From an uncultured Thiotrichales bacterium (lineage in GTDB: Bacteria; Pseudomonadota; Gammaproteobacteria; CAZUMV01): 50,652 nt of DNA. Below are positions 19,166 through 28,598 of this stretch, one piece after another. Position numbers and translations under genes: made by a program. Below the pieces are notes generated by a model. The model did not search any database, was not told the DNA's origin, and saw nothing but the letters and a program-made list of their open reading frames with translations. Positions within the stretch are counted from its first letter, which is position 1. Each line of letters starts with the position of its first letter. Location of the stretch: contig CALIRD010000133.1 of the NCBI GenBank assembly GCA_938042355.1, positions 1-50,652 on the forward strand, read 5' to 3'.

Positions 19166-19555
19166 TGGCTGATCCCTGAGATACACATTTAGAAGTGTGG
19201 ATTATAGTCTTTTAAACACTAGTGACAATCGACGTTGACAGCATTGTCGAACCACCTCACATTTGCTCTTACTTTCGTGAAATGTTGCATCAAACAGATA
19301 AAATTCGAAATTATCAATGGGAGGAGGATGTATCAGAAACAGTTACATTTGATTCAATCCTTTCAAGCAATACTAAATTGCGCTGACTCAGACTTCGAAT
19401 CAATAAAGAAATTGTTATTTTGATAAATATCAATTGGTATAAGTTCTCATAATTACTCCAGACTTGAAAATTAAAACCCGGCAAAAATTCATTGCGCTAC
19501 TCATTAGATGTGAATTGCATTAGACTGCTTCAGCAAAAATAAAGAACCTACTCTC

Positions 19556-20512
19556 ATGCGCTACGCTCCACTATTTTTATGCCTGTTGCTTGTTCTTCCT
19601 GCTCTTCATGCCGAGCAGACGACTCGTCGATTCGAATTCACCTACGAGGTGAATATTGATGAATCGTCAAATCAAAATGCTATGGAAATTTTTATCCCGC
19701 TCCCGGTTGAAAATAATGATCAGCGAATCATTGATAGTAAAATCCAATCGTCAATATCTGGTGTTGAAAAGCAAGAGCCTGTTCATGGCAATCGTTATTA
19801 CCACATGAAATTGCCAGCCAACGAAGACCATACTTTAAAGGCTAGTTTTTCGTGGGTGGTAGAGCGCAACATAGTCACCGCCAACCCTGAGCCATTAAGC
19901 GAACAAGAACGTATTCGTTACCTGAATTCCAATACACTGGTGCCCGTAGGACATGAAATTCTGAAGCCTATTCAAGCCGAGATTCATGCCATGCGTGCCA
20001 ACGACTCTGCACCGGCTACTGCTCGCGCTATTTATGACTGGATAGTGGATAACGTTGAATACAAAAAGACCGGCACTGGATGGGGTAACGGCGACACATT
20101 CTGGGCCTGTAACGAACGTTATGGTAATTGTACAGACTTTCATGCCCTGTTCATCGCACTGGCTCGTAGTGAGGGTATTCCTGCACGCTTTGAAATTGGT
20201 TTTCCGGTCCCTACAGACAGGGCCGAAGGCGAGATTGGAGGCTACCATTGTTGGGTACAGTTTTATTTACCTCATCAGGGCTGGATTCCTATCGATGCAT
20301 CAGAAGCAGCTAAACACCCGGAGCACCGTGAATTATTTTACGGCACTCATCCCGCTGATCGCGTTCACTTCACTACCGGAAGAGACCTGATAATTAGTAC
20401 TGCAACGCAAAACCAGCCACTTAACTACTTTATATTTCCGCATGCTGAAATAGATAATGTCCCGGCAAAAGTTGATATGCGGACCACATTTTCATACCGC
20501 GAACTACCCTGA
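19556..20512 (+). CDS. Exported transglutaminase-like cysteine-protease-fold protein
   Basis: Signal peptide MRYAPLFLCLLLVLPALHA|EQ. Transglutaminase core YGNCTDFHALFIALARSEGIPARF with a downstream HCW...D. Confidence 0.8.
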   Translation: MRYAPLFLCLLLVLPALHAEQTTRRFEFTYEVNIDESSNQNAMEIFIPLPVENNDQRIIDSKIQSSISGVEKQEPVHGNRYYHMKLPANEDHTLKASFSWVVERNIVTANPEPLSEQERIRYLNSNTLVPVGHEILKPIQAEIHAMRANDSAPATARAIYDWIVDNVEYKKTGTGWGNGDTFWACNERYGNCTDFHALFIALARSEGIPARFEIGFPVPTDRAEGEIGGYHCWVQFYLPHQGWIPIDASEAAKHPEHRELFYGTHPADRVHFTTGRDLIISTATQNQPLNYFIFPHAEIDNVPAKVDMRTTFSYRELP

Positions 20513-20661
20513 AAAACAACAGCATAATGAAACAATCTAAAAGATTATCACGTCGAATAAGAAGAATTAGTGCGTCACTGGCTCAGTCATACTAAAATAC
20601 AGGCACTGTAACTCTGCAACTGTGGAGTGCGAGCATTAGCAATCAACCATGGAATGAAACA

Positions 20662-21243
20662 ATGAAACATAAATTACCCGATCTACCTTATGACATTAGT
20701 GCTCTGGAGCCTCACATCTCCAAAGAAACCCTCGAATATCATCATGGTAAACATCACAATGCCTATGTGACCAACCTTAACAAGATGATTGAGGGCACAG
20801 AATTTGAAGACATGACGCTTGAAGACATCATCAAAAACGCTTCTGCAGGCATCTACAACAACGCCGCACAAATCTGGAATCATACCTTTTACTGGAATTG
20901 CCTGACGGGTGGTGAGCAGGGTGATCTTAGTGGTGACCTGGCTGACGCCATCAACAAGAAATTTGGTTCGGTAGATGATATGAAGAAAGAATTTACTGCA
21001 TCAGCGATGGGTAACTTTGGATCAGGTTGGACCTGGTTGGTTAAAACATCCAGTGGTGAAGTAGATATCGTTAATACTTCCAATGCAGGATGTGTCATTG
21101 CTGACGGACAGCATCCACTACTGGTCTGTGATGTGTGGGAACACGCCTATTATGTAGATACACGTAATGATCGTGGTGCCTATCTGAAAAACTATTGGGA
21201 GCTGGTTAACTGGTCTCAAGTCGTCAAAAACTACGAAGCCTGA
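20662..21243 (+). CDS. sodB: Superoxide dismutase [Fe]
   Basis: LPDLPYD...LEPHIS..T..YHHGKHH, AAQIWNHTFYWNCL (Fe-type) and DVWEHAYY. 193 aa. Confidence 0.95.
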   Translation: MKHKLPDLPYDISALEPHISKETLEYHHGKHHNAYVTNLNKMIEGTEFEDMTLEDIIKNASAGIYNNAAQIWNHTFYWNCLTGGEQGDLSGDLADAINKKFGSVDDMKKEFTASAMGNFGSGWTWLVKTSSGEVDIVNTSNAGCVIADGQHPLLVCDVWEHAYYVDTRNDRGAYLKNYWELVNWSQVVKNYEA

Positions 21244-21263
21244 ATTCGTACATGAAAACTATC

Positions 21264-21297
21264 AGGCGCATGCAGCTTGCTGTGTGCGCCTTTTTTA
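21264..21297 (+). terminator. Rho-independent terminator of sodB
   Basis: 12-bp stem AGGCGCATGCAG/CTGTGTGCGCCT (two G-U pairs), CTTG loop, then TTTTTT. Confidence 0.85.
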
Positions 21298-21601
21298 TTC
21301 CATCTTAAAGTCTTAGATAGCTGGTAGATACTAGCTGCCCACGAACTAATCAACTAATCCGTTAACTGCTACTACAGTCCGCCCGCACAGATCCACAATG
21401 TTCGAGTGAGACTCATATCAAGCGGTTGAGCAGGCTTAAACGGACTGAATCACATGACAACACCAACTTATACCCAAAGTTAGACGATCTGAATCATTTT
21501 ATAGACTTTCAGTCATATATCGTTCAATACTGATTCATTATAGTAGACGTATTGTTCAAGAGAGACCGCGAACATAAACATGAATACTATAGGAAAACAT
21601 T

Positions 21602-22021
21602 ATGAAAAAGACATTACTTACACTACTTAGCCTGTTCAGCCTGATTGTGGCTACTAACATCGCCTTTGCTGGCGAAACTATTACAGAAGGCAGTTTGGAA
21701 GGTGCCTTTTCTTCCTGGGGAAAACCTTCACTGAGTGGCGACTGGAAAATTATTGAAGAAGGTGGCAAACATTTCATCGAGCTGGCAGATAACTTTAAAG
21801 CGAAAAAAGGGCCTGACGTAAAGATCTTTTTATCGCCAACGGAAGCTTCGAATATCGATGGTGACAACGCAGCCAAGGGCAGTGTTTTTATCAAACAGAT
21901 CTCGAACTTTAACGGCAAGAGCCGTATTGAAATTCCGGCAGGCATTGATGTCAGTCAATTCAATTCTCTGGTATTTCATTGTGAAGAATACAGCAAACTC
22001 TGGGGCGTTTCGTCACTGTAA
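21602..22021 (+). CDS. Exported DM13-domain protein
   Basis: Signal peptide MKKTLLTLLSLFSLIVATNIAFA|GE. The rest has DM13-like layout (GDWKIIEEGGKHFIEL..F....GPDVKIFLS ... SLVFHCEEYSKLWG). Confidence 0.7.
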   Translation: MKKTLLTLLSLFSLIVATNIAFAGETITEGSLEGAFSSWGKPSLSGDWKIIEEGGKHFIELADNFKAKKGPDVKIFLSPTEASNIDGDNAAKGSVFIKQISNFNGKSRIEIPAGIDVSQFNSLVFHCEEYSKLWGVSSL

Positions 22022-22044
22022 CTAATAACCATATAGGTATTGGA

Positions 22045-22281
22045 ATGACTACAATCCGAATCTTCAGTAAAAGCTATTGTCCATACTGTACAGCTGCCAA
22101 GGCGTTGTTAAAGAGTAAAGGTCTGGAGTTTGAAGAAATAGATGTACAAAACTCACCCAAACGTTTTAAGGAAATGGTAGAACTTAGTAACAGACGTACA
22201 GTACCGCAGATCTTTTTCGATCAACAACACATCGGTGGCTATACTGATCTGCAAGATCACTACGCAACTGAAGTTGCGTAG
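22045..22281 (+). CDS. grxC: Glutaredoxin (Grx3-type, CPYC)
   Basis: IRIFSKSYCPYCTAAKALL...RRTVPQIFFDQQHIGGYTDL. 78 aa. Confidence 0.9.
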   Translation: MTTIRIFSKSYCPYCTAAKALLKSKGLEFEEIDVQNSPKRFKEMVELSNRRTVPQIFFDQQHIGGYTDLQDHYATEVA

Positions 22282-22331
22282 TGGCTCTATATTTACTCCC
22301 CCACAATCATCAAGTGTAAAAGTAACTAAAT

Positions 22332-23543
22332 ATGCGTGAAAATATTACCTTTGTGAATCGCTCGAAAGATAAAATTTCAGGCGTATTGCATGTATCAGAA
22401 ACACAGCCTGTAAAAGCATATGCAATCTTTGCGCATTGTTTCACCTGTAGCAAAAATATCAACGCGGCTGTGCATATTGCAGAAGAACTAGCTACCCACG
22501 GCATTGCCACACTACGTTTTGATTTTACCGGTCTTGGGTCCAGCTCAGGTGACTTTACCGAAACCAACTTTAGTAGCAACGTACAAGACATTATTGACGC
22601 ATCTGAATTTTTACGTAGTGAATATCAGGCACCGGAACTATTGGTTGGTCATTCATTAGGTGGCACGGCCATGCTGGCGGCGGCGGCACATATCAACTCT
22701 GCGAAAGCAGTCGCCTCGCTAGGGTCACCCGCGACTCCTGAACATGTTCTCCACCACCTTCATGCCAGCATGCATGAGATAGAGAACCATGGCGAAGCCG
22801 AAGTCAGTCTGGCTGGCAGAACATTCACATTTACCAAGAGCTTTGTTGATGATGCTATTGCCTATAAAATCAACTTGAGAGAACTGAACAAAGCATTACT
22901 GGTAATGCACTCCCCGACCGACAGCACCGTATCAGTAGATGAAGCTGCAACTATTTACCAGCAGGCACGCCATCCCAAAAGCTTCATCAGTCTGGAAAAT
23001 ACAGACCATCTATTGAGCAGAGCGAGTGACTCAATCTATGCCAGCAAAGTGTTGGCTGCATGGGCAACTCGTTATATATCTCAGGCTGAGGCAACCACAA
23101 AAATATCAACGCAAGACAATAAGGTAGTCGCCAGCGCCGATACTACTCAAGGCTTTCTCAATCTGGTAAATGCCAACGGACACCATCTGACAGGCGACGA
23201 ACCAATACGCTTTGGGGGCACGAATTATGGACCCTCCCCTTATGACTATTTATCTACTGCTCTTGGCACGTGCACTACAATGACGTTGAATATGTATGCT
23301 CGCCATAAAAAACTTCCTGTAGACAATGTCACAGTGACAGTAGAACACCTCAAAGAACATGCACAAGATTGCATGGAATGCGAAAAAACACAAAAAAAGG
23401 TAGATGTATTCACTCGCACGATCAAGATAAAGGGTGAATTATCTGAAGAACAAAGACAGAGAATGCTCCAAATAGCCGATCGTTGTCCAGTCCATCAAAC
23501 TTTACACGACGAAGTCGAAATAAAATCCACCCTGAGCGACTAA
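22332..23543 (+). CDS. Bifunctional alpha/beta-hydrolase / OsmC-family protein
   Basis: N-terminal hydrolase with nucleophile elbow GHSLGG. C-terminal OsmC/Ohr-like domain (GPSPYDYLSTALGTCTTMTL ... IADRCPVHQTL). Confidence 0.85.
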   Translation: MRENITFVNRSKDKISGVLHVSETQPVKAYAIFAHCFTCSKNINAAVHIAEELATHGIATLRFDFTGLGSSSGDFTETNFSSNVQDIIDASEFLRSEYQAPELLVGHSLGGTAMLAAAAHINSAKAVASLGSPATPEHVLHHLHASMHEIENHGEAEVSLAGRTFTFTKSFVDDAIAYKINLRELNKALLVMHSPTDSTVSVDEAATIYQQARHPKSFISLENTDHLLSRASDSIYASKVLAAWATRYISQAEATTKISTQDNKVVASADTTQGFLNLVNANGHHLTGDEPIRFGGTNYGPSPYDYLSTALGTCTTMTLNMYARHKKLPVDNVTVTVEHLKEHAQDCMECEKTQKKVDVFTRTIKIKGELSEEQRQRMLQIADRCPVHQTLHDEVEIKSTLSD

Positions 23544-23623
23544 CCTATAAACGCCTCACTAGAATAAATATCAACAAAAAAGATATACTTGATTCTCGCT
23601 CGAACGCTGTCACATGACTTAAC

Positions 23624-24721
23624 ATGAATATTTACAAATCAATTCTATGCATTCTTTCCATATCACTGGCAAGCATCGCCTGTGCTGCTAACAATGAAAC
23701 AATACGTCAATATCAGTTTATAGAAGATGGAAGTGGCGCCTACACCATTGAAATGAATGAAGTCGCCAAACCTGAGCCAACTGCTAATCAAGTACTGGTT
23801 AAGATTCATGCAACCTCACTTAACCGTCGAGACATTATGATCGTCGAGAAGAAATACAGAATGGCAGGGGATATTACAGGTGGTGTGCCCTTATCTGATG
23901 GAGCGGGCGAAGTAATTGCGGTTGGATCAGATGTCACTCGATTTAAAATTGGTGACCGTGTGGCTGGCATCTTTTTTAGTGAGTGGCTTGATGGGAAGCG
24001 TACTGATGAAGGCGTGGCATCAGCACGAGGGGCGGATAATGGCGGGGGTATGCTTGCAGAAATGGTAGTTTCAAATGAAGAAGGTCTGGTCAAAATCCCT
24101 GAACATTTAAGCTACGTTGAAGCAGCCACCCTGCCCTGTGCGGCGGTCACTGCCTGGAGCGGACTCTTCAAATATGGAAATATGCAAGCTGATGAATATG
24201 TCTTGCTCGAGGGCACCGGGGGCGTATCTTCCTTTGGGCTACTGTTCTCCAAGGCAGCCGGCGCCAAGCCTATCATTACCAGCTCAAGCAATGAAAAACT
24301 TGAGAAGGCAATTACACTCGGTGCTGTAGGCACAGTCAACTATCGAGAAAATGAAGATTGGCAAATCAAAGTGCGCGAGCTGAGCAACGGACAGGGTGTT
24401 GATCAGGTATTGGAGATTGGTGGAGTTCAAACTATCAATAAAGCGCTGCAAGCAATGGCCTATGAGGGTCACATGGCTGTCATAGGTGGCATTAGCGGTT
24501 TCGCAACAGATTTGCCAGTAGGGAGTTTGATGGGCGTAGGCGCTACTGTAAAAGGTGTTTTTGTCGGCTCGCGCGCAGACTTTGAAACAATGAATGCCTT
24601 TATTACTGAACACAAACTACGTCCGGTGATTGATCGTGAATTCAGTTTCGACCAGGCTGCAGAGGCTTATGAGTTTATGAAAAATGGAAGTTTCATGGGC
24701 AAGATTGTGATTAAACATTAG
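23624..24721 (+). CDS. MDR-family NAD(P)-dependent oxidoreductase with a Sec-type signal peptide (paralogue of 10040-11152)
   Basis: MNIYKSILCILSISLASIACA|ANNE (AxA site). GTGGVSSFGLLFSKAAGAKPIITSSS. C-terminal FMGKIVIKH. Collinear with the Tat-signal paralogue. Confidence 0.85.
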   Translation: MNIYKSILCILSISLASIACAANNETIRQYQFIEDGSGAYTIEMNEVAKPEPTANQVLVKIHATSLNRRDIMIVEKKYRMAGDITGGVPLSDGAGEVIAVGSDVTRFKIGDRVAGIFFSEWLDGKRTDEGVASARGADNGGGMLAEMVVSNEEGLVKIPEHLSYVEAATLPCAAVTAWSGLFKYGNMQADEYVLLEGTGGVSSFGLLFSKAAGAKPIITSSSNEKLEKAITLGAVGTVNYRENEDWQIKVRELSNGQGVDQVLEIGGVQTINKALQAMAYEGHMAVIGGISGFATDLPVGSLMGVGATVKGVFVGSRADFETMNAFITEHKLRPVIDREFSFDQAAEAYEFMKNGSFMGKIVIKH

Positions 24722-25060
24722 TAACAGCTGGCACCAATATGTGAGATAAAACTCACACATCCAACATCACAAACTCCCATTCATACATTCATTGTGACCG
24801 CCTAAACCACTGCGAAATATTTCTCCAGTCGTATCTGGTAAAGCGTCACGTTATTTTTCTTTCTCATGCTTCCAGTGTGAGACCGGGTCATGTAAACTCG
24901 CGCTCGCTTTAGGAACGAATATTATTAAGAGATCGATTACAGTCTTAAATTTGGCGCCAGACAGCTGCTTTCAGTTTTTCAAACCCTGATTTTCGCTTAA
25001 ACATTACTTAATCAATTAACCCAATTAATCCGCTCTACCGCGCAGGTGAGTAGGACAGGA

Positions 25061-26650
25061 ATGCTCGCCCACATGTTTTTCAAATTATTCTCGAAGCGAA
25101 ACGGCACCTGGCGTGATGACACCCTCTCAGGGCTTACCGTTGCACTGGCACTGGTACCGGAAGCCATTGCTTTTTCGTTTATTGCCGGTGTAGACCCAAT
25201 CGTTGGTTTGTGGTCAGCCGTTTTTCTAGGATTAATCACATCATCCATAGGGGGCAGACCCGGCATGATCTCGGGTGCTACCGGAGCAATTGCCGTAGTG
25301 GTTGCAAAAGTGGTACAGCTGGGCAATGAAGCCGGCGCAGAAACGGGGATAGATGATTTAGGCCTGCAATATTTATTTGCGACCATCATGATTGCAGGCG
25401 GTATTCAGGCGCTGGTGGCAATACTTAGATTAGGGCGCCTTATACGCCTGGTACCCCATCCAGTTATGATGGGCTTTGTTAATGGCCTGGCCATAGTTAT
25501 TTTGATCTCTCAATTTGCTTCTTTCAAAACCGTTGATGGTCAATGGCTGGAAAGCAACCAATTAATAGTCATGGCTGGTCTTGCACTTTTAACGATGGTT
25601 ATCATCCAATATTTTCCAAAAATCACCAAAGCAATACCTTCTATCTTAGTCGCGATTATTGCAGTTGGTTTAATCAGCTTTTTTAACCTGGTAGATACCA
25701 AAACCGTCTCCGACGTTTTACTCGAAGGAACAGGCAGCGCAGACTTGTCCGGCTCTTTTCCTTTACGTGTCTGGCCCGGCGACATTGTCTGGGACAAAAC
25801 GACTACATTATTAATACTAGGTACAGCGGTCACGGTTGCCACTGTAGGATTGATTGAATCACTCATGACCCTTCAGCTGATTGACGACATGACCGAAACT
25901 CGTGGCCGCGGTAATCAGGAATGCTTTGCACAAGGTACGGCCAACTTCCTGTCCGGACTATTTGGTGGCATGGGTGGCTGTGCCATGATCGGCCAAAGTC
26001 TGATTAATATTAAATCGGGTGGTCGAGGTCGAATCTCGGGAGTCGTTGCCGCTTTGGCGCTGGCTGCTTTCATCTTGTTTGGTGGACCCGTCATCGGCCA
26101 GATCCCAATCGCTGCTTTGGTTGGTGTCATGTTCATGGTCGTGATTGGCACCTTTGAGTGGGCTACCTTTCAAACTTTTGGCAAAGTTCCGCATACCGAT
26201 ATATTTGTCATAGTTGCGGTAACATTAATCACGGTTCTGCTCCACAACCTGGCATTAGCCGTGATTATTGGGGTGATTATTTCGGCGCTGGTGTTTGCCT
26301 GGAAAAGCGCACACCATGTGCGACTTTTTCCTCATGACACTGAAGACGGTGTACGCATTTACAGCCTGCAAGGAGTACTCTACTTTGGCTCCGTACGCGA
26401 ATTCTCGGAAAGACTTATACCAGCAAATGACCCTGACGAAATTATCATCGACTTTAAGGACGCGCGAGTAGCCGATTATTCCAGCCTTGAAATACTCACA
26501 GCAATCACGCGGCGCTACCGGCGTGCAGGAAAAACCTTACACTTGCGTCACTTGAGCATTGAGTGCCAAAAAATGATTACAGCTGCCGGCTCCCTAGTTG
26601 ATATCGAAGTGGCCGAAGATGACCCACATTATTCGGTGGCTTTGATTTAA
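25061..26650 (+). CDS. SulP-family anion (sulfate/bicarbonate-type) permease with C-terminal STAS domain
   Basis: SulP N-terminal motif (DTLSGLTVALALVPEAIAFSFIAGV), many TM helices, and a STAS-like C-terminus (IYSLQGVLYFGSV...). ATG 25061 is preferred because of TAGGA upstream. Confidence 0.88.
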   Translation: MLAHMFFKLFSKRNGTWRDDTLSGLTVALALVPEAIAFSFIAGVDPIVGLWSAVFLGLITSSIGGRPGMISGATGAIAVVVAKVVQLGNEAGAETGIDDLGLQYLFATIMIAGGIQALVAILRLGRLIRLVPHPVMMGFVNGLAIVILISQFASFKTVDGQWLESNQLIVMAGLALLTMVIIQYFPKITKAIPSILVAIIAVGLISFFNLVDTKTVSDVLLEGTGSADLSGSFPLRVWPGDIVWDKTTTLLILGTAVTVATVGLIESLMTLQLIDDMTETRGRGNQECFAQGTANFLSGLFGGMGGCAMIGQSLINIKSGGRGRISGVVAALALAAFILFGGPVIGQIPIAALVGVMFMVVIGTFEWATFQTFGKVPHTDIFVIVAVTLITVLLHNLALAVIIGVIISALVFAWKSAHHVRLFPHDTEDGVRIYSLQGVLYFGSVREFSERLIPANDPDEIIIDFKDARVADYSSLEILTAITRRYRRAGKTLHLRHLSIECQKMITAAGSLVDIEVAEDDPHYSVALI

Positions 26651-26891
26651 TCACTAACCATAGCTTGCTTTATGCGCTTCAATGACGAACGCGATTGGCC
26701 TCGAATGAGGCTGCACGTCAGGTAAGTAAGATCTTTTGAAATTCTAGTTTTCTGTAGGGAATAATGCACAAACAGTCCCGGAAAGATATTATCGAACGCA
26801 TGCCCACAGATTTGATTCACCCAAGACTGCGCAAACCGCTTGTAATAACTCCGCCAGATTATATAGTTCTACGCGCGTTGCCTTTATCATT

Positions 26892-28475
26892 TTGAGCAGC
26901 TCCACCTCTTCATCTCAAACGTTGACCACCATTTGGTGGCTTAAAAAAGATTTTCGTTTACATGACAACCCTGCCTTAACGGAAGCCTTGGCAGGTGATG
27001 GTAATGTTTTAGCGTTATTTGTGGTCGAGCCCTCCGCACTTACCTCCCCAGAGACCTCAGCCTTTCATGTGGCCGCATGGACTGAAGCAGCCAATGCACT
27101 TCGCTCAACACTACAGCAAGCCACTGGAGAGTTATTAATCGTTCATGGCGAAGTGGTTGAGACGCTGAGTAAGATTTTATCTATTGCCCCATTCACAAGG
27201 TTAGTTAGTCACGAAGAGATTGGTAGTGAAAGAACCTTTACGCGTGATAAAGAGGTAGCCAAATGGTGTCAGAAAAACAACATAGTGTGGAAGGAACCGC
27301 GTCAAACAGCTGTTTTTAGAGCCTTGAAAGACCGCAATCAACGCACCCTCTATTGGAATAAGTGGATGGGTTCTGGACCACTTGATCGTCCAGCCAATAC
27401 TGCGTTAGGGCGTCTCGTTATACCAGCATCGATTAATCACCTTGGTATATCTCCATTTACTCATGAAAACCTGGGGTTCAGGCTTGATGCGCGTCAGCAA
27501 CGTCTAAAGCAACGCGTTACCGAGGCTGATGCTGAAGCAACATTAACTGATTTTCTCGAGCATCGTTCCTTCGGATACCAAGGTGGCATAAGTTCGCCAA
27601 ACTCTGCTGCCAAAGCAGGCTCAAGACTCTCTGTGCATTTAGCCTGGGGCACGATCACTGGGCGACGAGTTTACTTTGCCTTACTAAAACGCATGCATGA
27701 TCTGAAACAATCAGATGATACAAGTGCAGCACGATTCAGTCGTTCGTTGAGTATTTTTAGTGCACGGCTGCATTGGCGTGATCATTTTATACAGCGGCTT
27801 GAAACCGAGCCGAACATGGAGTTACTGCCTCTCAACCTTGCGTATGAAGCAATAGAAACCAGTGATGATCCCACATTGTTACAAGCATGGGTTGACGGTA
27901 AAACAGGTTTTCCGCTGGTTGATGCCTGTATTCGTAGTGCTCAGACTACCGGCTTTCTCAATTTCAGAATGCGTTCCATGATCACTTCAGTCGCCTGTCA
28001 TGCCATGCGGCTAGATTGGCGGGATATCATGTGGCCAATGGCACAATGGTGGGCAGACTATGAACCAGGCATCCATATTTCTCAAATTCAAATGCAGGCG
28101 GGAGTGGTGGGCATAAACACACTACGCACTTACAACCCCGCCAAACAAATCCTGGACCAAGACCCGATGACGCATTTCATCAAACATTGGATACCCGAGC
28201 TGAGGCAATACACTCCAGAAGATATCGCCGCTCATCAGGATCATCCATTACCCGGTTATATACAACCTGTAGTGAATTGGAAGGAAAGCTCAGCAGCGAT
28301 GCGAGCAGACTTCTATGCCATACGCAGTCGACCAGAAACAAAAGCATTGGCACAAGCAGTGTTTAAAAAACATGGTTCACGTAAAGGGCCAGCACAAAGA
28401 AAAACCAGCAACAAAGCCACTAAGAAAAAAACAAGCAACAAACAAGATACCAACCAAATGGAGCTACCTATTTAA
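26892..28475 (+). CDS. Cryptochrome/photolyase-family FAD-binding protein with a Lys-rich C-terminal tail
   Basis: N-terminal photolyase domain (IWWLKKDFRLHDNPAL). FAD-domain segments FSARLHWRDHF, FLNFRMRSM, WWADYEPGIHISQIQMQAG. The only in-frame start before the conserved N-terminus is TTG 26892. Confidence 0.8.
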   Translation: MSSSTSSSQTLTTIWWLKKDFRLHDNPALTEALAGDGNVLALFVVEPSALTSPETSAFHVAAWTEAANALRSTLQQATGELLIVHGEVVETLSKILSIAPFTRLVSHEEIGSERTFTRDKEVAKWCQKNNIVWKEPRQTAVFRALKDRNQRTLYWNKWMGSGPLDRPANTALGRLVIPASINHLGISPFTHENLGFRLDARQQRLKQRVTEADAEATLTDFLEHRSFGYQGGISSPNSAAKAGSRLSVHLAWGTITGRRVYFALLKRMHDLKQSDDTSAARFSRSLSIFSARLHWRDHFIQRLETEPNMELLPLNLAYEAIETSDDPTLLQAWVDGKTGFPLVDACIRSAQTTGFLNFRMRSMITSVACHAMRLDWRDIMWPMAQWWADYEPGIHISQIQMQAGVVGINTLRTYNPAKQILDQDPMTHFIKHWIPELRQYTPEDIAAHQDHPLPGYIQPVVNWKESSAAMRADFYAIRSRPETKALAQAVFKKHGSRKGPAQRKTSNKATKKKTSNKQDTNQMELPI

Positions 28476-28598
28476 TCACGTTGGTATTGATAAAATGAAC
28501 GCAGAAAAATTACAAGAACCGAGATCAGGCGGAACGCCATGAATAATATAGCTAGCAAGTGACGCATTATCTGCGCCACCAGACAGCATGGCTCTGCA

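Noticed and set aside
19235-19423. 62-aa ORF, and a nested 31-codon ORF (ATG 19329) preceded by GGGAGGAGG, in the gdhB / transglutaminase intergenic region
   Set aside because: The SD-like run abuts the ATG directly, with spacing of about 0-3 nt. The peptide has no recognisable feature and I cannot assess conservation. Not reported as a gene.
20527-20595. 22-codon basic ORF (MKQSKRLSRRIRRISASLAQSY) upstream of sodB
   Set aside because: It is too short, has no RBS and has no supporting evidence. It is probably a chance ORF in the sodB promoter region.
21490-21560. AT-rich Fur-box-like segments (e.g. AATACTGATTCATTATA) upstream of the DM13 gene
   Set aside because: They match the GATAATGATAATCATTATC consensus only partially, and AT-rich promoters give such matches often. 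A matrix scan would be needed.
24736-24760. Hairpin TGTGAG-ATAAAA-CTCACA just after the Sec-signal MDR gene
   Set aside because: The stem is only 6 bp and there is no following T-run, so it is not convincing as an intrinsic terminator.
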